A model generated the notes under the pieces. It worked only from the letters and a program-made list of their open reading frames with translations. It did not search any database and was not told the origin of the DNA. Of a DNA stretch of 64,000 nt, positions 1 through 13,000 are shown in pieces. The translations under genes were made by a program, and so were the position numbers. The stretch lies in assembly GCA_043228905.1 (NCBI GenBank), contig JBHGNT010000008.1, positions 16,182,001 through 16,246,000 on the forward strand. Reading direction: 5' to 3'. This stretch comes from Azolla caroliniana (Eukaryota > Plantae > Polypodiophyta). Each line of letters begins with the position of its first letter. Position 1 is the stretch's first letter.

Positions 1-361
1 TTGTGTGCATTACTTTGTACTTTACACATTGTGTTTTCAATCTATGTGGCACATGATGAAGCATTTCTAGGAATTTGCATATGATGTTTAATGTTGATTC
101 ATAATTTTGCAAGTCATCAATTGTAAAGATAGTCATTGATCCCTTCTAGGATTAGAAACTATGTGTGCATGTATATTTTATATGTAAGGGTATTTGAAAT
201 GGGTGGTTATCAAAAAATATATTGGTAATAAGGGGTATTTTTTTTAATCTTTTTTTCTACACAAGGGTCACTAAAATATTAAAAAACATACGTATAAGGG
301 GTTTATAAATGATGTCATGAACGCACGTGATACAACCTTCTTATATATAGTGGAGTCCCCG

Positions 362-3129
362 GGGTGCCACCCTTTTGTTGCTGCAAGCGCGATCACAGTT
401 CGAACTGTAGTCATCTTTGCTACAGGGGCAAAGGTCTCTTCGTAGTCAACACCGTATGTCTACATACCCCTTTGCCACAAGTCGGGCCTTGTACCGATGG
501 AAAGTGTCATCAGTGTTGTGCTTTACCTTGAAAATCCACCGGCATCCAATTGCCTTTTGGTGGTTTGAAGAAGGGACGAGATCTCATGTCTCGTTCTTGG
601 ACAGTGTTTGCATCTCCTCATTCATCATTTTGACCCATCTAGGGTCCTTCGTGCCTTTGGATTAGTTTTCCGGTTCTCAGACTATCGACACCTTCATTAT
701 GAATGCATAATGATATACCATGTAGTCGTGTAGCTGAATCGACGTGGTTCTCCTGGTGTCCTTATGATAGGCACATCCAATCTACCAAACTCACATCCAA
801 AAGTGAGTCATTTCATTTCCAACTGAGTCTTCATACTCAAGCATTTTGGCCTTCCCTTTGTCCTGTTTCAGACTCAGCCGCGACGTGCTTTGGTCGCCTT
901 GAGGCTCGAACAAGTGAGTCGATTCATTTCCAACTGAGTCTTCGTACTCAGGCATTTTGGCCTTCCCTTTGTCCTGTTTCGGACTTGGCCGCGACGTGCT
1001 TTGGTCACCTTGAGGCTCTTGTGGTCCACTCAACTTGGTTGAGATTGGACTTTCCTCTAATGTGAACCTCAGTCGATCATCCTCCTCCGCATCTCTGTCG
1101 AACTTGGTTTCGATTGTGTCAAATGGGGCTGATTCGACTGTATACCAGGATGCTGACTCGTCAAATACTACATCCCTACTCACTCGTGCCTTCTTGGTGG
1201 AAGGGTTGAAGCACTTATACCATTTTTCCTCGAGTGAGTACCTTACAAGTATACATTTCTCTGACTTGAGATCGAGCTTCTACCACATGTCATCGGGAAT
1301 ATGTACATATGCAATTGAATCGAATATCCTAACATGAAATAGATCTGGTTTCTTCCCATAGAACTTTTCGCAGGGGTTAACTTCGTGCACTCTTGATGTT
1401 GTGCAACGATTCATCAGCTAAACAGCCACATTCACCGCTTCGGCCCAATATGACTTTGGCACATGTTTCTTATTCATCATTGCCCTTGCCACCTCGAGTA
1501 TGTGCCGATTCTTGCGTTCGGCTACTCCGTTTTGCTGAGGTGTGTGTCGGCAAGTAAACTCCCGCCGAATTCCTTCTTGTGGAAGGTATGTTGTAAAGGC
1601 GGCGGAGAAGTACTACTTGCCGTCATCCGATCGAAGGCATCGGACATGCCGACCAGTTGCCTTTTCGACTTTATTTTTGAACCTTTGGAAGTGTCCAAAC
1701 ACTTCGCTCTTCTGCCGCATGGGGTAGATCCATGTATGTGTGGAGAAGTCGTCGATGAACGTTACGTAGTACAGGCAACCACCGGATGTTGTCGTCTAGG
1801 TTGGACCCCATACATTTGAATGTATTACATCCAGGATCCCTTTGCTTGTGTTCCTCTCCTTTGGGAATGGTTGTCGGTGTTGTTTGCCGAATTGACAAGC
1901 TTCGCAAACGTGTGCAATTTCCTTTCCAATGAAAGTTGGGAGTCCGGTGACAACTCCTTTCGACTGCATTCCCTTGAGCTTTTGGAGATTGATGTAGCAT
2001 ATCCTCTTGTGCCATAGCTCTATGTCGGCGTCGGCTCTCTAGGCCTTCGCATACATTGCCGAGATCATCCCATGAGAGTCGAGGATGAACATCCGACCTT
2101 CTCTCGGGCCGCGAGCGATAAGTCGGCCTTCTTTTTCAATGAAGCAACCTACATCGTTGAAGCAGACTTGCATGCCTTGTTTGACTATCTGGCCAACTGA
2201 GACCAAGTTCTTTGTTATTGTAGGAACATGCAGAACATTCTTGATGTATGTTTGATTTCCTTCTTACCCAAATGGGACATTGCGGATATGCTAAATGGGG
2301 TGAATTGTGTCATCCCCAGTTTCCGCATAGCCGGGTCGTTCGGGCTTCCATAGCTCCTTGAACCAATCCTCGTGGGATGTCCTGTGGTCGATGCGCTCGA
2401 GTCGACAAACCATACATCTTCTGGTTTGGAGGTGTTGGTCGGGTTTGAGGCTGTCATCGAGTGTGTTATGTGCCTCATCACAAACATTCCACCACTATTG
2501 TCGTAGTCTGAGTTGGAGGCATAGTTTGTGAGTTGTCAGCTTGTGGAGGCCGACTCACTCTTCTTTTCCCGACACTCTACCTCATAGTGGCTGAATTTAC
2601 CACAATATCCACACTAAGCGAGATTTTTTTGTCAGCTGGGTCCATCTTGATTACTCCCCCTTCTTCCGGACGCTCCGTCTCGCACGTTCGAGATGCCTTG
2701 TCGGTAATAGAAGTTGTGTTCTCGGGGTTGCTCTTGGTTGTGTCGGCCTTGGCCAAATCGGCCTCTTCTTCCCCGACCTTGTCCTCTTCCTCCATCGAAG
2801 TTCAAATAGAGAATTTTTCCTTGTTGCGTATTGCTACTTGTTCGAACATGTTTCTCCTCGACCAGCAACATCGACTGGAGATCAAAGAAGGAGGGAGGAT
2901 TCTCCCTCGCGAGGAAAGCCAACCGGATGGCCCTAAACTGAGGTGCTAAGCCTCCGAGGCAAATGTGCACCATTTCATCATCATCAATGCTAACATTGAT
3001 CGACCCGAGGGCATCGCACAACTCCTTGATGTTCAAGGTGTAGTTGTCGATTGACATGTTCGTGTGTTGTATACCGTTCAACTCTTGATGGAGTTGAAGC
3101 TTTCTTGCGGTTGTGTTGGCCACGAAAAT
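362..3129 (-). pseudogene. Copia A gag-pol, distal part (gag C-terminus, PR, INT, start of RT), with stops and frameshifts
   Basis: ORF fragments 2632-3123, 2215-2487, 791-1183 carry Copia motifs in different frames. Confidence 0.9.
801..1019. repeat. 111-bp in-frame tandem duplication in the INT-RT linker of Copia A
   Basis: AAGTGAGTC recurs at 801 and 912. The peptide EPQGDQSTSR..KQDKGKAKM.EYEDSVGNE.TH appears twice. Confidence 0.9.
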
Positions 3130-3512
3130 TGTAAAAGATTATGTGCGGAAGCAATAGAAAACCAAACACACAGAAAACACGCAGGTTTAATGGAGAGCTT
3201 GAGTATACACAGTACACAGGAGGGACAGAGAGAGAACAAACAAAGAACTTAATTCAAAAATGCTAACTCTGTCTGTACATACACCGTGCTCAGTGAGCAC
3301 CTTTTATACAAGCCCTGACAATCGGGCTGACATAAGTACTGACAGTACTTGACTGCTCATAAATGAGCCTTGACACTCACTCCCAAAACTATTCCTTACG
3401 AGGAATATCTCTCTAACGGCCTTTCGGTTTACGCACCGATACGGCCTCTCGTTACGCATCGGTCCTTGGCTTGCTCAGCCGATCCGGCCGATGTTGAGCT
3501 TGTCTCTCAACA
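3130..3512 (-). repeat. 3' LTR of Copia B (383 bp)
   Basis: Matches 8397-8837 apart from substitutions and a ~58-bp indel; adjacent to PPT. Confidence 0.95.
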
Positions 3513-3757
3513 CTCCCCCTCAAGCTCAACTTGAGGCTCTTCCGGATCTTCCAGATCACCGCTCCTGTTCCTCCTGGCTCCACGCGTCACTCGCGTTCCT
3601 CGGCCTATTCGACTCCGCACGCTTCGACCCTTCCGTTCGGCTTGTCTGCTCCCTTGTTGTCGCAGTGTTGGCACTTCTCCCGCTCCCTTCTTTTCCGCTT
3701 GGCCCTTGGTTGATTCAGCGTATCTGAATCAAACATCTGAACCGACTCGGCTACCTC

Positions 3758-6700
3758 CTATTGGTTTTTGCTCTCGTCCGAGTTGGCTGTCTCCAACTCG
3801 TCTTCGGTCTTCTCGCCCTTGACGACGTCATCTCCCCCATGCTTGGTTGGCTTCAGCTCTTTCTTTTGGCTGCTCCCCTTATGTCCGCTTTCGGACTCTT
3901 CCGCGGATCCGCCCTCAGCGTCTTCAACAGGTCCGAAGTCAAATTCCTCATTCGACTCGGCGTCACGGTCTTTTCCGCTCCTTTCCTGCTCCCTTTCGTG
4001 GTCATCCGGGACGTCACTCCCCCTCAAGTTCGGCATGTCGAGGTGACGCAACCCAAGTGCACCCGAGAATTGCTGCAACTTGTCCAGACCAAGAGGCTTG
4101 GTGAAGATGTCGGCGGTCTGCCGATCCGTCGGAACATACTGAAGTTAGACTTCACCAAAAAGGACAAGCTCATGGACAAAATGGTAGTGCACCTCAATGT
4201 GCTTGGTCCGTGCGTGCAAAATGGGGTTCTTCATGAGTTGGATGCTGCTAAGGTTGTCGCAGTAGATCGGCGTCGGATCGGACACCTCCTCTTGCAGGTC
4301 CCTAAGTAGCCGCTTCAACCATATGGCTTTGCATGTCGCGACAACCGCTCCTCTATACTCGGCTTCGGTGCTCGACAGTGCAACTGTCGGCTCCTTCTTA
4401 CTGCTCCACGCTATCGCGGCACTTCCAACAGAGAACGTGTATCCGGACGTGGATCGACGATCGGCGGCGTTGCCAGCCCAATCAGCATCAGTGTAGCCGA
4501 CCAAGTGCGAGGTTGTATCGGTCCGATATAGCAGTCCCCGGTCCTTAGTGCCGCTTACGTACCGGAGTACGCGTTGTGCGCACTGAAGGTGTTCCTCGGT
4601 CAGTCGTGCCATGAACTGACTAATCACCCCAACCGGGTAGCTGAGATCTGGTCGGGTGATGGTCAAGTATATAAGGCTACCGACTATCTGTCGGAACCTC
4701 GTCGGGTCGCATACCTTTCCGGACTCAGGGCGAAGCTTGACGGTTCTATTCAGAGGAGTCAAGACGGACTTACAGTCGGCCATCCCGAATTTGAAGAGCA
4801 TATTCAGCACGTAATGACGTTGGCTAATCAGCCTTCAGGGGTGCGGATCAATTTGATCCCGAGGAAGTAATGAAGATCCCCCAGATCCTTCATGTCGAAC
4901 GACGCCGCAAGCTGGAGCTTCACGCGGTCGATTTCACCTAGGTCGGCGCTGGTGATGACCTAGTCATCAACATATATTAGAATACTAACCGGCCCGGGTC
5001 AACCTTTCCGGATGAACAGTGAGGAGTCTGATTTCGACGTCGCAAAGCCCATCCGACGTAGTTGCTATGTGATCTTCACGTTCCATGCACGCAGGGCTTG
5101 CTTTTGTCCGTAAAGGGACTTCTTCAATCGGCACACCGCCGAGGTGTTCGGTCCGGAGTGAAATCCGGGGGTTGTACCATGTACACCTGTTCCTCAAGCT
5201 CACCTTGCAAGAACGCATTCTTTACATCCATCTGATGTAAGTGCCACCCCTTTGCTGCAGCTACCGCGAGCAAAACACGGACGAGCGTCATCTTCGCGAC
5301 CGGCGCAAACATCTCACCATAGTCGATGTCGTGTTTCTACGCGTAGCCTTTCGCTACTAACCGGGCCTTGTATCGGTTGACCGAGCCGTCGGTGTTGTAC
5401 TTGACCTTGTACACCCACCTACATCTGATTGGCTTCACACCCTTCGATGCGTCAACCAGGTCCCAGGTCTCGTTTTCCGCCAATGCGTGCATCTCTTCCT
5501 CCATCGCGGCGCGCCAATTCGCGTCCTTAGCCGCTTCTGCTTAGCTCTCCGGCTCACGCACTTCCACTACATGGGTCATGTACACGTAATGGTGCGCCAT
5601 GTACTCATTATAACCGAACCGCACAACAGGGTTCTTCTGGCGGGTTGATTGGCATAATTGCTCATTAGCCGAGGTTGAGGCTTTCTTAGCCGATGTGGAC
5701 TTCGTCCTCGAGACCCATCATCGCTTCCCTCGAAGTTTGGCTCGTGTTGATCCAACTCGCTCCCATCCGTGCCGTAATCCGACACCTTTTTCTTCCCTTT
5801 TTCCTTGTGCATAAGCCATCTCCTCGGCTTCCTGCACGGGGAATGCACGATTGAGTCTCCACTACTCACTGGCTCTTCATCGGACTGGTTGAACCGACTC
5901 AGTCGTCCATTCGGTCCACTTAACCGAAACGAAATCGGACTCTCTTCGCGAGTCCCGATTTCAGGCTCATCCGGAGGCATCTCGGCCTCGCTGACCTCAT
6001 CGTCAAAACTTGGATTGGAGGTGAGGTCTGGAGTCAGAGGCAAGTACCAGGACGCGAACTCGTCAAATACAACATCGCGGCTCACGCGCGCTTGTTTGGT
6101 GCGAGGGTTATAACACTTATAACCCTTCTGCTCGTCCGAGTAGCCTACCAAGATACACTTCTCGGTTTTCGCATCCAACTTCCTCCTTTTCTCCTTCGGC
6201 ACATGCACATACGCAATGCTACCGAAAACTCTCAAGTGTCATAGGTTCGGCTTTCTTCCGAAATACAGCTCATGCGCTGACACTTTTTCTCCGATCCGAT
6301 TCTGGATGTATACCGCGGTTCTTACCGCCTCGGCCCAGTAGAACTTGGGCAAGCTCTTCTCCTCCAGCATTGCCCATGCCGCTTCCACAACCGACCGATT
6401 TTTCCTCTCGGCCACGCCGTTTTGCTCCGGCGTGTATCTACAACTGAATTCGCGCCGAATTCCCATCTGTTGTAGATAACCGTTGAGTTGACCGGAAAAA
6501 TACTCTTTTCTGCCATCCGACCTCAGGCACTTGATCTTTTTTTCTGTTTCCATTTCCACGAACCCTTTGAGGTCCCAGAAACAGTCGAAGACTTCGCTCT
6601 TCCTCTCAATGAGGTAGATCCACGTGTGCCGTGTGTAGTCGTCGATGAAGGAGACGAAATATTGGCCCCCGCCAAGGCTATTTTTTTTGTGTCGGCCCCC

Positions 6701-8300
6701 ACACATCGGAGTGTATCAAGTCGAGCTTGTTCCAGCTCCGGTTACGCTCGTTGGGGAAAGGAATTCGGTGTTGCTTCCCAAGTTGGCAGGCTTCACAAAT
6801 TTGTGCCTTCCGGCCACTAAATTTGGGCAATCCGAACACCACTTGTTTCGATTGCAGGTCTTGAAACCGATGGTAGTTGATGTGGCCTATCCGCTTGTGC
6901 CATAAGTCGATGTCCGACTCGACTTTTTGTCCCTTCGCGAACATTGCGGTGTCACCATCAGTGGAATCGAGGATGAACATCCTCCCATCTCTGCGCCCTT
7001 GCGCAATAACACGGCCTTCTTCCTCAATGAAGCACCCGAGGTGTGTAAACCGGACCTCCATCCCTTGGTCGTCGATCTGTCCGACCGATACCAAGTTCTT
7101 CGTGATTGTCAGAATGTGTAGCACGTTCATGAGTTTCCCTTTCTGCCCGACATGGCTCAAGGGAGCTTCTCCGACATTCGCGATCGGATGCGGAGTGTCG
7201 TCTCCGGTTGCGACTACTCCCGGTTGCATCGGTTTTTCCAGGTACGAGAACCACTCCTTATGGCTCCTCATGTGATTTGACGTGCCAGAGTTGACGTACC
7301 ACACCTCCTCCGACTTCGGGGTGATCTTCTTCATCGAGTTTGCTTTGTGTCTCCTCACGAAGACTGACCCTTTTCCGGCTTCTCCGGATCCTTTGGCGTA
7401 GTGCGATCGTTGCCGATTTCCTTTGTCGATCTGTCCGGAACCTATTCCAGACCCGGTTCTCTCCGAATCAGCGCGCTTTTTCCAGCACTCACTCTCCCTG
7501 TGGCCTTTCTTGCCACAGTACCAGCATTCCGCAGCGGATTTCCCTTGCCGGTTCTCGTCGCCTCGACTCCCCCTGTTTCCGGAGGGTCCGGAATTATTGT
7601 CGGCATCACTTCGGTGCCTTCTTCCTTGATCTCGTCGGCCGCCTCCATTGCGTACCGACTCGCCTTGTCCGCCACGATCACAGGGCCTATCTCCCTCCGT
7701 GTACAGCATCTTGTTGTCGGCATCCATGCTTGTCGACGCACCCGCGAGGTTCTCCTCTATAAGGAGCATCAACTGTAAGTCGAAAAACGACGGCGTATTC
7801 TCCCATGTACACATAGCAGTTCGGAATGTTCCGAACTTTAACACCAAACCCCCGAGACAGATCTAGACCATATCGCTTTCCTCGATGTTCACATCGATGG
7901 AAGCTAAGGAGTCGCATATGTCCTTGATCTTCCAGGTATAGTCAGCCACCGACAAATCGCGTTGTTGTAGGTTGCTCAACTCCAGTCGGAGCTTAAGCTT
8001 CCTGGCTATGGTGCTCGCGGCGAAGATCTTCTTCAGATTTTCCCACACACCCTTTGGCGTTTTTGCATCCCGAACATAGCTTAATAGTTGTTCGCCCACA
8101 CAAGACGCGAAACAGTACAACACTCTGCTCACCGATTGTTCCCACGCCAGGAAGTCTTTGTGTGTCGAATCGAGTGCTGTGTCATTTGCTCCATTGACAT
8201 AGCTCCAGTAACCGTGTCCGAGCAGGTACTGGTGCATCTTGTAAGACCAAGACGCGTAGTTGTTTCTGTTGAGCTTCTCCATCGGAAGCGAGCTAGCCAT
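3758..8300 (-). pseudogene. Copia B gag-pol (gag CCHC, PR, INT, RT, RNase H, charged tail), disrupted
   Basis: ORFs 7863-8351, 6678-7847 (CWYCGKKGHRESEC), 6239-6706 (RSDG, PEQNGVAER), 5124-5312 ([10 protein letters not shown]), 4145-4810 (TDADWAG, RTKHIEV). Confidence 0.93.
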
Positions 8301-8396
8301 ACCTCTATCCATCAGTTTTACCTGTTCTTCTCGGTTGGTTTTTCTTTTCAAGCTATGTCGGCTGTAGAGGTTCTCAACCCTCGCGCTCTGATACCA

Positions 8397-8837
8397 TGTA
8401 AAAGATTATGTGCGGAAGCAATAGAAAACCAAACACACAGAAAACACGCAGGTTTAATGTAGAGCTTGAGTATACACAGTACGCGGGAGGGACAGAGAGA
8501 GAACAAACAAAGAACTTAATTCAAAAATGCTAACTCTGTCTGTACATACACCGTGCTCAGTGAGCACCTTTTATACAAGCCCTGACAATCGGGCTGACAC
8601 AAGTACTGACAGTACTTGACTACTCATAAATGAGCCTCGACACTGACTCCCAAAACTATTCCTTATGAGGAATATCTCTCTAACGGCCTTTCGGTTTACG
8701 CACCGATACGGCCTCTCGTTATGCACCGGTTTGTGTATCCGTTTTACGCACCGGTCCGGCCTAACCGATCAGTCCCAACCGATCCGGTCCTCGGCTTGCT
8801 CAACCGATCCGGCCGATGTTAAGCTTGTCTCTCAACA
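8397..8837 (-). repeat. 5' LTR of Copia B (441 bp)
   Basis: Directly adjacent to PBS GCTCTGATACCA (8385-8396). Confidence 0.95.
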
Positions 8838-9115
8838 AAAATCTTCTTGAGGTTCCCCCACGCCTCCTTCGGCGTTTTGGCCTCTCGAATGTAACCGAGC
8901 ATGTGACCATGGACGTGTGATCCAAGGCAGTACAACACACGACTCGACGCTTTCTCCCAAGCTAGGTAGTCGGCATGTGTTGGGTTGGGTTGATTCTCGT
9001 TTGCCCCTTCAACATAACTCCAATAGCCTTGGTCGACAAGGTATTGGTGCATCTTGTACTCCCAAGATGCAAAGTTGTTTCTATCGAGCTTTTCGGTAGG
9101 AAGAGTGCTTCCCAT
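8838..9115 (-). pseudogene. Copia A gag N-terminus
   Basis: MGSTLPTEKLDRNNFASWEYKMHQYL...NLKKIF, continuous with 3123 once B is removed. Confidence 0.9.
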
Positions 9116-9279
9116 CTATGTGTTCATGTTGAGCTTCTTCTTCTTCTTCTTCTTGATGTGAACTATGCAAATGACTGCTATAGCGATCAGTCAGCTCTTG
9201 TCAAACGCAGAATCGGGCACAAAACACACAGAGGCTATGGGCTTTGATCAAGCAACCACGCGCTCTGATACCATGTAAA

Positions 9280-9971
9280 TGTTGGGTTTTTCGGTCCCTC
9301 CGGATGGGATGTCCGGAGATGAATGACGGCAGGCCTGGTTGCGGTTACGGAACCGGAGGATGAAGAGTACCCGGTTACGGAACCGGAGGATGAAGACCCC
9401 GGCTACGGAGCCGGATGACGAAGACCCGGCTACGGAGCCGGATGATGAAGACCCCGGCAACGGAGCCGGATGACGAGGACCCGGCTACGGGGCCGGATGA
9501 TGAAGACCCCGGTTACGGAGCCGGATGACGAAGTACCCGGAGAGAGAGATCCGGATGCGGAGACTATATTTGTAAATAGCCCGAAAGTCATATGTGTATA
9601 AATATGACTTAGGGCAAACAGTTTAGTTGTTGCTCATTTTCTGTTTTCCACTTAGAGAGAGTGAAGAGAGCAGCCGAGAGAGAGAGAGAGTGAGAGAAAG
9701 ACGAAGAGGTCGTTGCCTCTGTGTATTACCGCCGCCTGTGGCGAAGACAGTGAGCTCAAGGTTGTTGCCTTGTGGCTTCACCATTGTACATCTCTGTTCA
9801 TAGTGATAGTTGGAGTTTGAGGACTCCCGTGGTTTTTTCCCATTTAGGGTTTTCCACGTAAAACATCCTGTGTATTTTTCTCTCTATTGTCTTCGTGCAT
9901 TTTTTTTTGTATTTCCCGTTTTCTGGAGTTGGTCCTATTCCTCGATTGCGGCCGAGCACTGTTGTTCAACA
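9280..9971 (+). repeat. 5' LTR of Copia C
   Basis: TGTTG...CAACA termini; TATAAATA near 9597; GA-rich tract. Confidence 0.97.
9342..9540 (+). repeat. Seven 27-30-bp tandem units (CGGYTACGGARCCGGAKGAYGAAGACCC) in U3 of C LTR; repeated at 14148-14346
   Basis: Units read directly from the sequence. Confidence 0.92.
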
Positions 9972-10001
9972 AGTGGTATCAGAGCACGGTTAACACAGAA
10001 A

Positions 10002-13000
10002 ATGGAAGGCGGCGGTAGTGGGCCTCCGGGCATGATGGTGTTGAACTCACAGAACTACGCCGACTGGAAGATAAAGATGGAAGACCTTCTCATCGTCCGA
10101 GACCTGTACGAACCGATCGACAATGCCGAGATACCCAAGGGGGTAATAGAGTCGGAGTGGAAGCTCCTGAACCGGAAAGCCGTAGCGACGATCCGGCAAT
10201 ATGTAGATGTAAGTGTTCTGCAACATGTGGCGAACGACACCAACGCATATGAGATGTGGAAGAAGCTGTCGGGCCTCTACAAGAGGAAGAATGCGTTGAA
10301 CCGGACCTCCCTGATGAGGAAGATAGTGAACCTCAAGTACCGGGACGGCGAGAATATGGTGGAACACGTGAGCACGTTCATGGGATTCGTGAACCAGCTT
10401 ACGGCGATCAAGTTCCCGTTGGAGGATGCAATGCAAGCCATCATTCTGATGTGTACATTGCTGGAAAGCTGGGAGAACTTGGTGGTGACTCTCAGCACCT
10501 CCTGCACCGAAGATAACTTGTCTCTACAAACGGTAAAGACAAGCATTTTGAACGAAGAAGCGCGTCGGAGAGATAAAGAACCGGCCTCCGATCCGAAGAT
10601 GCTGCTTACCGAATCGGATCGGGGAAGACAATGGAACCGGAGTCCGCAAAGACGGGAGAAGTCGGGGACCCGGTCGCAGTCAAGAGGAAGACCCACATGC
10701 TTCCACTGTGGGAAGCCGGGGCACTTCCGGAAGAATTGTCGGCATTACCGAAAGGACAACGGAGCCGACGACACCGATTCGAAGAAGTCACCGGAGAGAA
10801 ACGGTGCATACCGGGGAGCCACGGACCGGAGAGGTCCGGATCGGCGAGGGCAGGACCGGAAAGGAACGACGGCACTCGCGGCAAGTGAAGAAGAGATAAT
10901 GCTCATTACCGAAGAGAGGGAGCTGAACCTTGCCGGTGTAGAGATGACCTGGGTGGTCGATTCCGGAGCGTCGTTCCACCTGACCCCGGATAAGAAATAC
11001 TTCTCATCCTACACAGCCGGTGAGCACGGCTGTGTCCGGATGGGAAATGAAGGCACATGTCGGATTGCCGGCATAGGAGACGTGTGGCTGATGACATCAA
11101 CCGGATGCAAGATGCTGCTGAAGGATGTACGACACGTTCCGGAGGTCCGATTGAACCTGATTTCGGCCGGGAGGCTAGACGATGAAGGCTACACGGGTAG
11201 CATACGGAACGGTGTCATGAAGTTCAGCAAAGGGAGCCTGATAGTGGCTCGGGCCCGGAAGGTCAACACACTGTACCTGATGAATTCCCGGCTATGTCCG
11301 GAGGAGCTGAACGTGGCAGCCGACACTGCCGGTGAGCTGTGGCACAAGAGACTGTGTCACATGAGTGAGAAGGGGATGAAGAGGCTTGCAGAAGACAACC
11401 TTATTCCAGTGAAGCATGTGCACCTGGAGAAGTGCACCGATTGCCTGGCCGGTAAACAGAACCGAACCTCCTTCCACTCAAGGCCACCGACGAGACGTAG
11501 TGTACCATTGGAGTTGGTACACACTGATGTGTGTCAGGTAGAAACGAAGTCACATGGCGGAGCCCAGTACTTCGTAACATTCATACATGACCATAGCCGG
11601 AAGCTGTGGACGGCACCGTTGAAGACAAAGGACCAAGTATTGTCCGTCTTCAAAGAACTCCACGCGAGAGTGGAAAGGGAATCCGGCAAGGAGCTGAAAG
11701 CGATACGAGCGGATAACGGAGGGGAATACCGGGGGCAGTTCGAGGAGTACTGTCGCTCGAAGGGAATCCGGCTCGAGTTTACTGTGCCGAAGACGCCGAA
11801 ACTGAACGGGCTGGCCGAGAGGATGAACCGGACCATAATGGAGAGGGTCCGGAGTATGCTGGCGCATGCGAAATTACCCAAGGGGTTTTGGGCTGAGGCA
11901 ATGTCGACGGCGACATACGTGATAAACAGATCACCCTCAGTACCTTTGGACGGAGACACGCCGCAGAGAGTGTGGACCGGTAGGGAAGTATCCTACCGGC
12001 ATCTGAAGGTGTTCGGGTGTCTCGCATACGTGCATGTGGCAAAGGACCGGAGAGGAAAGTTAGACCCAAAGACCCGGCCATGCATATTCCTCGGTTACGG
12101 CGACGACGAGTTCGGCTACCGAGTATGGGACCCGGTCGACAAGAAGATATTCAGGAGTCGAGATATCATCTTCATGGAGGACAAGACACTCGCCGACTGG
12201 GAGTCGGAGAAGAAGATGAAGAGCTCCAAGTCGACCGGTGAGGATCAACTCTACGAGGAGCAGTCCCGACCGACAAGGGACCGGTTAGCACTGGAGGATC
12301 CGGCCGAAGACGGTGAAGAAACAGAACCGGCCGAGGAAGATGAAACTGATACCGGAACCGGCCCCGATCCCGAAATGGATTCGGATGAAGAGGAAACGGA
12401 GGAGCCGGTTACCGAAGCTCCGGAATGGAGATATCCTCTAAGAGAGAGAAGGGCCCCCCGGAGATTTCCGGAACCAGAGCACGTGCTACTAACCGACGAG
12501 GGGGAGCCGGAGAGTTTTGAAGAAGCAAAGCTTGACACCCATAGCCGCAGGTGGTTAAGTGCCATGCAGGAGGAGATGGATTCCCTGCATGAGAACCACA
12601 CATATGAACTTGTGGAGTTGCCGAAAGGAAAGCGGGCACTTCGAAACAAGTGGGTGTTCAAGCTGAAACCGGGAGATGCCGGAAACCCCCCGAGATACAA
12701 AGCCAGGATCGTGGTGAAGGGGTTCCAGCAGAAGAAGGGCGTCGACTTCGACGAGATATTTGCCCCGGTAGTGAAGATGACCTCCATCCGGACGGTGCTG
12801 AGCATAGCGGCAAGCATGGACCTCGAGGTAGAACAGATGGACGTGAAGACGGCATTCCTTCACGGTGACCTCGAAGAAGAGATCTACATGCAGCAACCGG
12901 AAGGATTCGAGAAGAAAGGGAAGGAGCACCTGGTATGCCGGTTGAAGAAGAGCCTTTACGGTCTGAAGCAGGCTCCCCGGCAATGGTACCGGAAGTTCGA

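Larger units (their letters stand above)
3130..8837 (-). mobile_element. Ty1/Copia element B, full length but decayed, inserted in gag of A
   Basis: LTRs 3130-3512 and 8397-8837 (TGTAAAAG...CTCAACA). TSD AAAAT at 3125-3129 and 8838-8842. PBS 8385-8396. PPT (minus AGCTTGAGGGGGAG) 3513-3526. Confidence 0.97.

Noticed and set aside
300-361. Possible Helitron terminus (minus CTATATATAAG) where Copia A is truncated
   Set aside because: No TC start at an AT site, and no partner CTRR/hairpin end visible in the window.
9810-10001. 64-aa N-terminal extension of the Copia C ORF; likewise 25358-25444 for D
   Set aside because: These start at TTG/GTG inside the LTR and cross the PBS; the first ATG after the PBS is the plausible start.
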